A stretch of 64,000 nt of DNA from assembly GCA_965370685.1 (NCBI GenBank), contig CBDUVN010000002.1, positions 15,065 to 79,064 on the forward strand. Direction: 5' to 3'. The position numbers were made by a program, and so were the translations under genes. Of the stretch, positions 49,192 through 61,969 are shown one piece after another; positions within the stretch are counted from its first letter, which is position 1, and each line of letters begins with the position of its first letter. Under the pieces are notes generated by a model. That model ran no database searches. It was not told the origin of the DNA and saw only the letters and a program-made list of their open reading frames with translations. The DNA comes from an uncultured bacterium. Its GTDB lineage: Bacteria; Gemmatimonadota; Gemmatimonadetes; Palauibacterales; Palauibacteraceae.

Positions 49192-50204
49192 GCCCGCGAG
49201 GTGTGGGCCCCCGCGTTCTCACCCCGGCGGACGAGGCACGAGACGACGCGTTCCTGCTCGGGCAGTTCGAGGAGTATCTGTGTTTCGAACGGAATCTGTC
49301 CGACCGGACGGTCAGCTCGTATCTGCACGACTGCCGGGGCCTGGCGGACTTCGCCCTGCTGCGCGGAGCGGCAGGGCCCGGCGCCGTGGACTACGCGCTG
49401 TTGCAGGACTGGATGAGCGAACTGGCTTCCCTCGGCCTGACTGCCTCATCGGCGGCACGGGGGAGGTCCGCGCTTCGCACCTACTTCGGCTTTCTTGTTC
49501 AGGAAGAACACGTCGAGGACGACCCCACCGAGAAGCTTGAGGCGCCACGACGCGGCCGGCCGCTGCCGTCGGTGCTGAACGTGAAGCAGGTCGCCCGGAT
49601 CATGAACAGAAGCGAGGCCCGCGCGCGCCTTCTGCGTACACGACAGGGTTGCAGCTCGAAGCAGAAGGCGGCCGCCTGGCGGGACGCTACCATGCTGGAA
49701 GTACTCTACGGGTCGGGGCTTCGGATTTCGGAGCTTACCGGCCTCCGAGTTCGCGATCTGTTTCTCGACGAGGGCTTCGCGGTGGTTCGAGGGAAGGGAG
49801 ACAGGAGCCGTATCGTGCCCGTCGGTGGTCGTGCGACTCGAATGCTGCGTCACTACCTTGATGTCTGGCGCTCGAGCCTCGAACGACCGCGCATTGCCAA
49901 AGGCGTGTTGTTCCTGAACCAGCGCGGAGGAGCAATGAGCCGTACGGCTGCCTGGACTGTCGTGAAGTTCGCTGCAGAGATTGCGAAACCGAAGGCAGCA
50001 AAGCTTGGAATCCCGATTCTGACCGAAGTCACACCGCACACATTCAGGCACAGTTTTGCCACGCACCTCATTGAGGGCGGAGCGGACCTGGTCGCCGTGC
50101 AGGAGATGCTGGGCCACGCCGACATCGTCACGACCCAGATCTATACCCATGTCGACAGGACATACCTTCAGCAGGAACATCGAAGGTTCCACCCGAGAGC
50201 GTGA
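49188..50204 (+). CDS. site-specific tyrosine recombinase XerC/XerD type
   Basis: Catalytic motifs R...RHSFATHL...LGHADIVTTQIYTHV. GTGA overlap with the dedA stop. Confidence 0.8.
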   Translation: MSPRGVGPRVLTPADEARDDAFLLGQFEEYLCFERNLSDRTVSSYLHDCRGLADFALLRGAAGPGAVDYALLQDWMSELASLGLTASSAARGRSALRTYFGFLVQEEHVEDDPTEKLEAPRRGRPLPSVLNVKQVARIMNRSEARARLLRTRQGCSSKQKAAAWRDATMLEVLYGSGLRISELTGLRVRDLFLDEGFAVVRGKGDRSRIVPVGGRATRMLRHYLDVWRSSLERPRIAKGVLFLNQRGGAMSRTAAWTVVKFAAEIAKPKAAKLGIPILTEVTPHTFRHSFATHLIEGGADLVAVQEMLGHADIVTTQIYTHVDRTYLQQEHRRFHPRA

Positions 50205-50210
50205 GCGACC

Positions 50211-50747
50211 GTGAGTCCCCTCTCCCGAGTCCACAGCCTGTCCCGAAACCGCCAGCCGGTTCGGAGATTTGCGGATCGACCGGTTCCAGGGGAGCTTCTC
50301 GATCGGATCCTCGACTGCGGTCGCTACACGGTCTCGGCGGGCGAGGACCAGCCGTGGCGGTTCATCGTGGTTCGGGATCCGCTTACTCGTCATCGTCTCG
50401 CGGAGGCGGCGTTCAACAGTGAGCACGTGAAGACTGCGCCGGTAGTTATCGCCGGCTGCGCCCGGATTCATTCGAGGATCAGCGGTCACGGAAAGCCTGC
50501 ATTTCCGGCGGATCTGGCCGCAGCCACTCAGAGCATGGCCCTCGCCGCAGTGGACCTGGGGCTGCAGGTGGCCTGGATCACTGGCTACCGGGAGCCGATC
50601 GTGCGCTCGCTCCTCGGTGTTCCACCGGATGTCCCGGTCGTGACGCTGCTGTCTATCGGCTATCCCGACGGATTCGAGCGCCTTCCGAAACGACGCCCGT
50701 TCCCCGAGGTCGTGTCGTGGGATCGATGGGAGGGGGAGACGGAATGA
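50211..50747 (+). CDS. nitroreductase-family protein
   Basis: RRFADRPVP N-terminal FMN motif and nitroreductase fold pattern. GTG start. Confidence 0.7.
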   Translation: MSPLSRVHSLSRNRQPVRRFADRPVPGELLDRILDCGRYTVSAGEDQPWRFIVVRDPLTRHRLAEAAFNSEHVKTAPVVIAGCARIHSRISGHGKPAFPADLAAATQSMALAAVDLGLQVAWITGYREPIVRSLLGVPPDVPVVTLLSIGYPDGFERLPKRRPFPEVVSWDRWEGETE

Positions 50748-52216
50748 GGATCTCCAGATTCTGGCTGTTGGCCGCGGGTGGATTGCTGGCGATCCCGGCG
50801 GCCGGCTCGGCGCAGAATGTGGAGTTCACGCCGAGGGCGGACGAGCCCGCGGAGCGCCGGCTCGCCGAATTCCTCGAACATGACGTCTATGCGATCATCG
50901 ACGGGGACACGGTCCTGCTGGCAGGGCAGGCAGTCTCTGGCAACGTGCTCGTGCTGAACGCTACGATGCGGAGTTCGACGACGATTCCGGGTAGCGTGTA
51001 CGTTGTCGATGGAGACCTGTTTCTGCGTCCGGGCGCACGAGTCGAAGGGGACGTGGTCGTGCTGGGGGGTGGTTTTTACGCCTCTTCTCTCGCGGAGGTG
51101 ACCGGCGAGATCGTTTACCGGCCCAACGACCAGTACTCGGTGGTCGCAGGAGACGATGGCTGGACCATCTTTCCGGTGAAGGAGATGCCGAAAGCCGTCG
51201 AGCTGCCGGGGCTGTACGGTTTCGGCTTCCCTTATTATCAGAGAGTCGATGCCCTGACCCTGCGATGGGGGGCCACGCTCAGGGCCACCGGGTGGTCGTG
51301 GCAGCCGTCGCTGGAGGGCGAGATTCGCTGGCTGACCGAGGACGGAGATTTCCAGGGAACCCTCAAACAGTACTGGTATCCGACCGGCTCTTTTCAATTC
51401 GGGTTCGAAGGTGAGCGAGTGACGCGAACGAACGACGACTGGATGCGGGGCGACGTATCCAACTCTGTCTCGTTCTTTTTCGTGGGTGACGACTTCCGGA
51501 ATTACTACGGGGCGGATCGGGCTGCGTTTGTCGTGCGCGGGAATGAAACCGCGACCTGGTGGCCGTCGTTGTCCGTCCAGTGGGAAGACGCGACGAGCAA
51601 GGAGGCTCGGAAGCAGTTCGTCCTGTTCGGCGACGATGGGCCTGAGTCGAATCCAGCGATCGACGAAGGCGAAACAGTGAGCCTGATCGCTGAAATCGGG
51701 ACTCGCAGGCGGACGTCCAGCAGCCGGTTCGAGGGGCTCCTGCGGCTGGAGGCGGCGGATTCGTCCGTAGCGGGAGACTTCAGTTTTCTGCTGGCAGAGG
51801 CCCGCCTGTACTGGCAGACTCCCGGGTTCGCGTCACATGAACTCGAGCTGTTCGGGATCGCACGCGGTGATATCGGTGGCACGCTGCCGCGCCAGCGCTG
51901 GTCCACTTTCGGCGGCCGGGCGACGCTTCCCACGTTTGATCTCCTGTCATTTTACGGACCGAGGCTCGTCTACGGTCAGGCTTCGTACCTCATTCCGATA
52001 TCCGCCCTCCGGGTGGTGCTGATCGGCCCGCCCAGGGTGCTGCTGCGGGCCGCTACCGGATCCACGTGGGAGGAAGGCGGCTCGTCACGTTACGAGACGA
52101 ACCTCATCGCCGGCGTACGCTGGTCAGTCCTCGAGGCCGGTGTTGCGTTCGATCCGGGTGGATCGGACCCTTCGTCCCGGTTTTATGCGATTCTGCGCTT
52201 TCCAGGGGATCTTTGA
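50744..52216 (+). CDS. secreted hypothetical protein (490 aa) with N-terminal signal peptide and beta-rich Gly/Val-repeat region
   Basis: Signal peptide MRISRFWLLAAGGLLAIPAAGSAQ. Repeated GxVxV segments (VYVVDGDLF, EGDVVVLGGG). No family recognisable. ATGA overlap with the nitroreductase stop. Confidence 0.55.
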   Translation: MRISRFWLLAAGGLLAIPAAGSAQNVEFTPRADEPAERRLAEFLEHDVYAIIDGDTVLLAGQAVSGNVLVLNATMRSSTTIPGSVYVVDGDLFLRPGARVEGDVVVLGGGFYASSLAEVTGEIVYRPNDQYSVVAGDDGWTIFPVKEMPKAVELPGLYGFGFPYYQRVDALTLRWGATLRATGWSWQPSLEGEIRWLTEDGDFQGTLKQYWYPTGSFQFGFEGERVTRTNDDWMRGDVSNSVSFFFVGDDFRNYYGADRAAFVVRGNETATWWPSLSVQWEDATSKEARKQFVLFGDDGPESNPAIDEGETVSLIAEIGTRRRTSSSRFEGLLRLEAADSSVAGDFSFLLAEARLYWQTPGFASHELELFGIARGDIGGTLPRQRWSTFGGRATLPTFDLLSFYGPRLVYGQASYLIPISALRVVLIGPPRVLLRAATGSTWEEGGSSRYETNLIAGVRWSVLEAGVAFDPGGSDPSSRFYAILRFPGDL

Positions 52217-52287
52217 CATTCTCTTCGCACAGGCCTTACGTTGCGGGGCGTGAACGGATCCAGCCTTCGAACCCGATCGCGCGCCTG

Positions 52288-55305
<3,018 letters not shown>

Positions 55306-55309
<4 letters not shown>

Positions 55310-56652
55310 GCTGGCCCTCTCGACTCCTGTGCTCAACAGCCCTCCTTTGCCTCGCCCTGGGGATAACTTCAGGGCTCGCTTCGGCGCAGGGCGTGAATCG
55401 ATGCGCGCTTAACATCCGTCGGGCCGGGGAGAGGGTGGAGCGCCCCGACCCGACGCGGGAAGGCGCGATCACCGCGTTTATCGGGGGACCGGTAACGGTT
55501 TCCTGCGGGGACGCCGTGATGACGGGAGACAGCGCGGTATGGCGGCAGGCCACCCAACAGGCTGTGATGATCGGCGACGTGCGCTACCGCGACACGACGC
55601 GCACGCTGAACTCGGGGCGACTCACGTACAACGGGGGGCGGGACGAGATCATCGCCGTGAATGACGTGCGGCTGGTTCGGATCTCGACCGGCGCGATGCT
55701 CGAGGGTCCCAGGGTCACTTTCACCCGGTCGCCGATCGCCGGATCTCGAACCGTCGCGACGGAGCGCCCCCGGATGACGCTCCCCTCCGGGCGAGATGGA
55801 GCGGGAGCAGCACAGATCACGATCGTGGACGCGGACAGGGCGGAATTCGTCGGGGAATCCGAGGCGTTCGCAAGCGGAAATATCGAAATGGTACGGGGCG
55901 ACATACGGGCGACAGCTGAGCGAGCCCAGTTTTCGGAAACAGCCGAGCGGGCGGTCCTGTATGAAGATGCGGTGATTGCTGGTGAAGGGTTCGACCTGGC
56001 CGGCGACAGCATCGTAGCCGGGTTCGAGCTCGGCGAGCTGAAGACAATCCATGCATTCAAACGTGCCGTTGCCAGTGGAAATCGATTCAAGTTGCAGGCG
56101 GATCAGATTCTGGCCCGGTTGCTGGGGGACCAGATCGAGGTCATCTGGGCGTTCGGAGAGGGGAGGTCCCTGGCAGCTTCCTCGGATTTCACGCTCGCGG
56201 GAGATTCGATCGAATTCGCGTTTGTCGAAGGACGGGCGGACTCAGTGTCGGCGATCGGAGCAGCGGCCGCGGAACACCGGGCCGACTCGATTGCCATCGG
56301 CGAAGCGGAGTTGACTGAGCCGGAGTTCAGCACCGCCCCTGGTTCGAGCTGGATCGCCGGGGACACGGTAAAGGCATGGTTCGAGCCCGACGATGAGCTG
56401 ATCTCCGGGTCGGTGGCAGACGGAAAATCAGAGCCTGGTAACGCCCGGATCCGCCGGCTGCGGGCGGTAGGAGATGCACGGTCTTTTTACTCCGCCGTCC
56501 GCGATTCGACCCGAAGTCTGGACCCGTCGCGGAACTATCTTCTCGGCAGCGAGATCGAGATCGATTTCGAAGGGGGAGAGGCCTCGACGCTGTCGGGTGT
56601 CGACGCGATCGGAGTGTTTCTCGAACCCGCGAAGGAAGGTGAGGGTGGATAG
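55306..56652 (+). CDS. lptA: OstA-like/LptA-family periplasmic protein, unusually long (448 aa)
   Basis: Signal peptide plus repeated OstA-like beta-strand segments. Conserved position between lptC and lptB. Confidence 0.6.
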
Positions 56653-57370
56653 CGTTCTGCGGACGAATGACCTGGTCAAGGCATTCGGAAAGCGTCGGGT
56701 GGTCGATGGAGTGAGCCTCGAGGTCCGCCAGGGAGAGATCGTCGGACTCCTGGGACCGAACGGGGCGGGGAAGACCACCACGTTTTACATGATCGTCGGG
56801 CTCCTGAAGGCGAATGGTGGCCGGGTGCTGCTCGATGAGCAGGATCTGACGAAGGTTCCGATGTATCGTCGGGCGCGGGCCGGCATCGGATACCTGTCCC
56901 AGGAACCCTCCGTGTTCCGCAGGCTCACGGTGGAGCAGAACGTGATGGCGATCCTCGAGACGCTCGACCTGACCCGGAAGCAGAGGGAGCGGAGACTGGA
57001 AGAGCTCCTTGACGAGTTGTCCATCGGACACCTCAGAAAGAGCAAGGCATTCAGCCTGTCCGGGGGTGAACGTCGCCGGCTCGAGATCACGCGGGCGCTT
57101 GTCACGCGGCCGAAGTTCATGCTGCTCGACGAGCCGTTCGCCGGGGTGGACCCGATCGCGGTGGATGATATCCAGCGGATCGTGGCCGAATTGCGCACAC
57201 GGGGCCTCGGTGTGCTGATTACGGATCATAACGTCCGTGAGACCCTGTCGATCACGGACCGCGCTTATCTGATGTTCAATGGGAAGATCCACATCGAGGG
57301 GCCGGCGCAGAAACTGGTCGAGGATCCGGAAGCCCGTAAAATGTATCTCGGACTGGATTTCGAACTCTAG
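56645..57370 (+). CDS. lptB: LPS export ABC transporter ATP-binding protein LptB
   Basis: Walker [10 protein letters not shown], signature LSGGERRR, Walker B LLDEPFAG. Conserved position upstream of rpoN. GTG start overlapping the lptA stop. Confidence 0.88.
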   Translation: MDSVLRTNDLVKAFGKRRVVDGVSLEVRQGEIVGLLGPNGAGKTTTFYMIVGLLKANGGRVLLDEQDLTKVPMYRRARAGIGYLSQEPSVFRRLTVEQNVMAILETLDLTRKQRERRLEELLDELSIGHLRKSKAFSLSGGERRRLEITRALVTRPKFMLLDEPFAGVDPIAVDDIQRIVAELRTRGLGVLITDHNVRETLSITDRAYLMFNGKIHIEGPAQKLVEDPEARKMYLGLDFEL

Positions 57371-57484
57371 CGTGCAAGGGGCGTGCCATAGCGCTCCCGC
57401 TCCCTTATGATTACCATTCGATAGACGGGATGGACGCGCGAAAAGCGCTCTGGCACAGACTACCGGATTCGGAACCGGGGGACG

Positions 57485-58924
57485 ATGGCGAATATGCGAC
57501 GGGGGCTCAGTCAAAGCCTCGGTATGCGGCAGGAACTGAAGATCAATCCACGCCTGTACCAGGCGATGGATCTTCTCTACATGCCTCTTCTCGACCTTCA
57601 GCAGCACCTCAAGCAGGAGATGATGGCGAACCCGTTCCTCGAGCTCGCCGAGCCGATTGACGAGGAGGAGGAAGAGCAGGAGAAGGAAGAAGAAAAGGAC
57701 GAGGACGAGATCGACTGGGAGGAGATTCTCCTCAACGGATTCGAAACCGGAGGTCGCCGGAACGACTTCGAGGAAAAGGAAGCCTATCTGCCGACTCCGG
57801 CCGCCCCGCCCGATTTATGGGACCATCTCCGCGACCAGTTGAATCTGACCCGCCTCGATCCTCGCAAGCGCTTTCTCGGAGAAGAAATCATCGGCAACAT
57901 CGACCGGGAAGGGTTCATCACCTGCCCGCTCGAGGAGGTCGTTCGATCGGCCAACGACTGGTTTTCGGCTGCCGAGCCGGAGCTGTGGGAGGAGCTTGAA
58001 CCGTTCACACTTGAGGAAGCCGAAGAGGTGCTGGCGGTGGTTCAGGCCTTCACGCCAAGCGGCGTGGGCGGCCGGGACCTTCGCGAGACTCTGATGATCC
58101 AGCTTCTCGATCGAGGCGAACAGGAGACGCTCGGCTTTCGAATCGTCCGGGACCACTTCGAACTTCTCGTCAGTCATCGCTGGAGCGAGCTGTCGAAGGA
58201 GCATGGAATCTCGCCGCAGGACGTCCAGTCGGCGGCGGACGGGATCGCGAAGCTGGATCCGAAGCCGGGGTTGAAGTACGCCGACATGAGTGACAATTAC
58301 GTCACCCCGGACCTGACGGTCGAGAAAGTGGACGGCGAGTACTACGTGTTCCACAACGACTCCACGCTGCCACGCCTGAAACTGTCCCGTGCCTATCGGG
58401 AAGTCGCGATGGACAAGAGCAAGTACCACGGTGACAACAAGGCGTTCATCGCGAAGAAGCTCAACAGCGCGCAGTGGATGATCCAGGCGATCGAGCAGCG
58501 ACGACAGACGATGCTCAAGGTCATGCACTTCATCGTCGACCGTCAGCGCGAGTTCTTCGAAAAAGGTGTCGAGCACCTCCGGCCGCTGACCCTCCGCGAG
58601 GTCGCGGAGCACATCGACATGCACGAGTCGACCGTGTCCCGGGTGACGAACGAGAAGTACGTGCAGACGCCGCGTGGCGTCCTGCCCCTCAAGTTCTTCT
58701 TCTCGAGCGGGCTTTCCACCGACTACGGCGAGGATGTCTCGGCGCGTGGAATTCGTGCCCGGATTCAGAAGCTGGTGGCCGACGAAGATCAGAAGAAGCC
58801 GCTGACGGATCAGGCGATCGTGGACATCCTGAAGAAAGAAGGCGTCCAGATCGCGAGGCGTACGGTCGCCAAGTACAGGGACCAGCTAGGCATCCTCGCC
58901 GCCCGGATGCGCAAGCGCGTATGA
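57485..58924 (+). CDS. rpoN: RNA polymerase sigma-54 factor
   Basis: Region I (LKINPRLYQAMDLL), acidic region II, HTH and RpoN box (ARRTVAKYR). Confidence 0.94.
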   Translation: MANMRRGLSQSLGMRQELKINPRLYQAMDLLYMPLLDLQQHLKQEMMANPFLELAEPIDEEEEEQEKEEEKDEDEIDWEEILLNGFETGGRRNDFEEKEAYLPTPAAPPDLWDHLRDQLNLTRLDPRKRFLGEEIIGNIDREGFITCPLEEVVRSANDWFSAAEPELWEELEPFTLEEAEEVLAVVQAFTPSGVGGRDLRETLMIQLLDRGEQETLGFRIVRDHFELLVSHRWSELSKEHGISPQDVQSAADGIAKLDPKPGLKYADMSDNYVTPDLTVEKVDGEYYVFHNDSTLPRLKLSRAYREVAMDKSKYHGDNKAFIAKKLNSAQWMIQAIEQRRQTMLKVMHFIVDRQREFFEKGVEHLRPLTLREVAEHIDMHESTVSRVTNEKYVQTPRGVLPLKFFFSSGLSTDYGEDVSARGIRARIQKLVADEDQKKPLTDQAIVDILKKEGVQIARRTVAKYRDQLGILAARMRKRV

Positions 58925-59931
58925 GTGACGAGCGGGGTCTGTCGCCGGTGTCGGCGGCCGTTCCCGCCGCCCCTCCCGGTCCGGGCGCCCTCGGCCCGGC
59001 CGCCGAGTCGTTCGCGATCCTCATTCCGGCGTTCGATGAGGCGGCGAACATGTCTGATCTGTTCTCCGAGCTGGCCCAGACATTTCGCTCCCATGAAATC
59101 GACGGGGAAGTGATCGTCGTGGACGACGGCTCCGGTGACGGAACGCTGGAGGCCGCTCGCGAGGCTGCGTCGGCAGCCGGGCTCGAACGCGTCCAGCTCC
59201 TCCGTCACCGGACCAACCGGGGTAAGACCTCCGCGATCGTTACCGGCGCACGGTCCACAGATGCCGACGTGCTGGTGCTGTTCGACGCCGACCTGCAGCA
59301 TTCGACCGACGAGATCCCGCGGTTCCTGGCCGAGCTCGACACCGGACTGGACGTGGTGACCGGCCGCAAGGTGGGCAAGTACGACAAACGAATCGTATCG
59401 GGGATCTACAACCGACTCGCGGGCCGCCTGTTCGATGTTCCGGTGCGCGACATGAATTCGATGAAGGCATTCCGGCGTGAAGTTCTCGAAGATCTTCAAC
59501 TCCGCGAGGACTGGCACCGCTACCTGGTGGTGCTGGCGCATGCGGAGGGATGGAAGATCGGGGAGATCGACATCGAGCTGCTGCCGCGACGTCACGGCGA
59601 GTCCAAGTATGGCGGACACGGACGGATCGTCGTGGGAATGCTCGATCTCGTGGCGGTCTGGTTTCAACTCGCGTTCAGTCGTAAACCCCTCATGTTCTTC
59701 GGAGTGACCGGACTCGGGCTGTTGGCTCTGGGCGGAATCGTGGGTCTGGTCGCCATGTGGTTCCGATTCGTGCAGGGAACCGGATTCCGCCCGCTTCTCA
59801 ACCTGGTCATCCTCCTCGTCCTGCTGGGCGGCCTGCTGTTCGTCGCCGGACTGATCGGGGAGCTCGTGGCTGGTCTCAGGGCCGAAGTCGATGAGCTGCG
59901 GAGGGATCTGCGGCACGATCGTCGGACCTGA
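58921..59931 (+). CDS. GT2-family polyprenol-phosphate glycosyltransferase (GtrB/CsbB/DPM1-like) with two C-terminal TM helices
   Basis: Motifs IPAFDE, VVDDGSGDGT, FDADLQH (DxD), then two hydrophobic helices. ATGA overlap with the rpoN stop. Confidence 0.8.
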   Translation: MSDERGLSPVSAAVPAAPPGPGALGPAAESFAILIPAFDEAANMSDLFSELAQTFRSHEIDGEVIVVDDGSGDGTLEAAREAASAAGLERVQLLRHRTNRGKTSAIVTGARSTDADVLVLFDADLQHSTDEIPRFLAELDTGLDVVTGRKVGKYDKRIVSGIYNRLAGRLFDVPVRDMNSMKAFRREVLEDLQLREDWHRYLVVLAHAEGWKIGEIDIELLPRRHGESKYGGHGRIVVGMLDLVAVWFQLAFSRKPLMFFGVTGLGLLALGGIVGLVAMWFRFVQGTGFRPLLNLVILLVLLGGLLFVAGLIGELVAGLRAEVDELRRDLRHDRRT

Positions 59932-59970
59932 CCTGCCACGACGGATTCGAACTCGAGCTCCCGCCCCGGT

Positions 59971-61185
59971 TTGCGAGTCCTCCACGTCGTCACCGCGTTT
60001 CCGCGCACTCCGACCGATCCCATCACGCCGTGGCTCGTGGAGCTGATTCGGCGCCAGCGGGAGTCGGGCATCGATGCCAAGGTCCTCGCTCCGGCATATC
60101 GAGGCGGACCGGTTGTTGAGCCGTACCCTGAAATCCCGGTCGATCGGTTCCGCTACGCGCCTGCGTCGCTCGAGACGCTCACCCACGACGAGTCGGTCCC
60201 GGACCGGATCCGGCATCGCCCATCGGCAATCGGCCTCCTTCCCCTGTACCTTGCCGGCGGCATTCGCGCGGCCCACGACGCGGGGCGTGACCAGCCCGAC
60301 GTGGTGCACGTTCACTGGCCGATGCCGCATGCCCTGTTCGGCGCGGCGGTGAGGCGTGGATCGGGGGACCGGACAGCTGTCGTGTGCAGCTACTACAGCG
60401 TCGAACTGAACTGGGTGACTCAGAAGCTCAGGCCACTCCTGCCGTTCCTTCGCTGGACCGCCCGGACCGCAGACGCCGTGACCGCGATCTCGAACTCCAC
60501 GGGGGCCGCCGTACGGCGGCTGACCGAGCAGCCGGTGACCATCGTCCCGTACGGTGCTGCCCTGCACGACGATGGCATGGCGGCGGGGCGGCCGGCACTG
60601 GCAGGGGATGGACCGGTGCGGATCCTGTTCGTCGGACGCCTGGTGGAGAGGAAGGGGGTCGAGGTACTGGTACGAGCGCTGGCCGGCCTCGATTCGTTGC
60701 CCGATGCTGAGCTCACGGTCATCGGCGCCGGGGAACGGGCCGAGCTGATCGAGCAGACGGCACGGCTGCACGGCGTGGCAGATCGCGTCCATCTCAGGGG
60801 AACCGTGACTCGCGAAGAGCTGGTCCGAAGCTACTCGAATCACGACGTGTTCGTTCTCCCGGCGGTTCTCGACGCGAAGGGTGACACGGAAGGGCTCGGA
60901 GTCGTGCTGCTGGAGGCGCTGAGATTCGAGCGGCCGGTCGTCGCCAGCGATGTCGGGGGGATTCCGGATATCGTCGAGCACGAGCGCACCGGGCTGTTGG
61001 TACCGCCCGGGGATTCGGCTTCGCTGGCCTCGGCTATCGAGTCCCTGGCGCGGGATCCCGAACGGGCAAGGCAGATGGCGAGGCGGGGAAGGCAGGTGGC
61101 GAGGGACCGCTTCGGCTGGGACCGCGTGCTCGAAAGCACCAATCGGGTATACGGATCAGCGATGGAGAGACGTCGTGGCGCGTGA
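59971..61185 (+). CDS. GT4-family (GT-B) glycosyltransferase
   Basis: C-terminal GT1/GT4 motif region (ILFVGRLVERKG...EGLGVVLLEALRFERPVVASDVGGIPDIV). TTG start. Confidence 0.8.
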   Translation: MRVLHVVTAFPRTPTDPITPWLVELIRRQRESGIDAKVLAPAYRGGPVVEPYPEIPVDRFRYAPASLETLTHDESVPDRIRHRPSAIGLLPLYLAGGIRAAHDAGRDQPDVVHVHWPMPHALFGAAVRRGSGDRTAVVCSYYSVELNWVTQKLRPLLPFLRWTARTADAVTAISNSTGAAVRRLTEQPVTIVPYGAALHDDGMAAGRPALAGDGPVRILFVGRLVERKGVEVLVRALAGLDSLPDAELTVIGAGERAELIEQTARLHGVADRVHLRGTVTREELVRSYSNHDVFVLPAVLDAKGDTEGLGVVLLEALRFERPVVASDVGGIPDIVEHERTGLLVPPGDSASLASAIESLARDPERARQMARRGRQVARDRFGWDRVLESTNRVYGSAMERRRGA

Positions 61186-61969
61186 GCACGCGACCGCTGA
61201 CCGGTACGGTGCCCTGGTCACGTCGGAGGAGTACCGGAAGAGCCGAGCGGCGAAGGCGGAGGTGGTCTGGCACCTGTGCGGTTCGCATCTGCGTCGCGCC
61301 GGACATGCAGCGGACCTTGGAGCGGGCACGGGCATTATTCGAGCAGCACTTGAACAAAAGATGGACAAACCACTGTATGGCTTTGAGATCGACACATCGT
61401 TCGTCGAGATTCGTGACCGGATGGTCGCGGCGGATGTCGAGCAACTCCCGGTGTCCGACGGTGCGTTGGACTTCGTAGTGATGAATCATCTCTACGAGCA
61501 CGTGTCTGACCCGGCTGCGCTGTTCCGGGAGGCATTTCGAGTCCTCTCGCCCGGAGGAGGTGCGTACGTGACGGCGGGGAGTCGGCTGGCGGTGATGGAA
61601 CCGCATTACAGGTTGCCGTTTCTCAGCTGGTTACCTCGTCCGGCTGCCTCCGCGTACCTTCGTCTGTCCGGTCGGGGCCGCCGTTACGAAGGGATCCGGT
61701 TCCTCACCTACGGACCGCTCCGCCGTATGATGCAACAGGCCGGCTTCACGGTGCACGACATCACTGAACGGGCGATAGACGATCTGCTGGAGCGTACCTG
61801 GGGAGAGCCGTGGAGCGATCTATGGGCGCGGGCCGGAGCACTGTCTGCCGGAACCCGGTCGAGCCTGCTTCGCCTGGCCTCTCCACAGTGGTTCTTCCTG
61901 CTTCAGAAGCCGGAGAGCCACATCGCTGACAGGCAGGGTGGCGCTGACATCGGGAGTGGGGCCGAGTGA
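61175..61969 (+). CDS. class I SAM-dependent methyltransferase (start uncertain)
   Basis: Gly-rich SAM motif DLGAGTGI and motif II region (LDFVVMNHLYEH...VLSPGG). The start could be GTG 61175 or an upstream codon in the 60950 ORF. Confidence 0.62.
   Translation: MAREHATADRYGALVTSEEYRKSRAAKAEVVWHLCGSHLRRAGHAADLGAGTGIIRAALEQKMDKPLYGFEIDTSFVEIRDRMVAADVEQLPVSDGALDFVVMNHLYEHVSDPAALFREAFRVLSPGGGAYVTAGSRLAVMEPHYRLPFLSWLPRPAASAYLRLSGRGRRYEGIRFLTYGPLRRMMQQAGFTVHDITERAIDDLLERTWGEPWSDLWARAGALSAGTRSSLLRLASPQWFFLLQKPESHIADRQGGADIGSGAE

Noticed and set aside
57440-57470. TGGCAC motif upstream of rpoN (CTGGCACAGACTACCGG) as a possible sigma-54 promoter.
   Set aside because: There is no GC (TTGC) element at the required GG-N10-GC spacing. 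It is only a half-site match.
59941-59960. GGATTCGAACTCG, resembling a tRNA T-arm motif.
   Set aside because: No cloverleaf context (no acceptor stem or D-arm) is present. It lies in a 40-nt gap between two glycosyltransferase genes.
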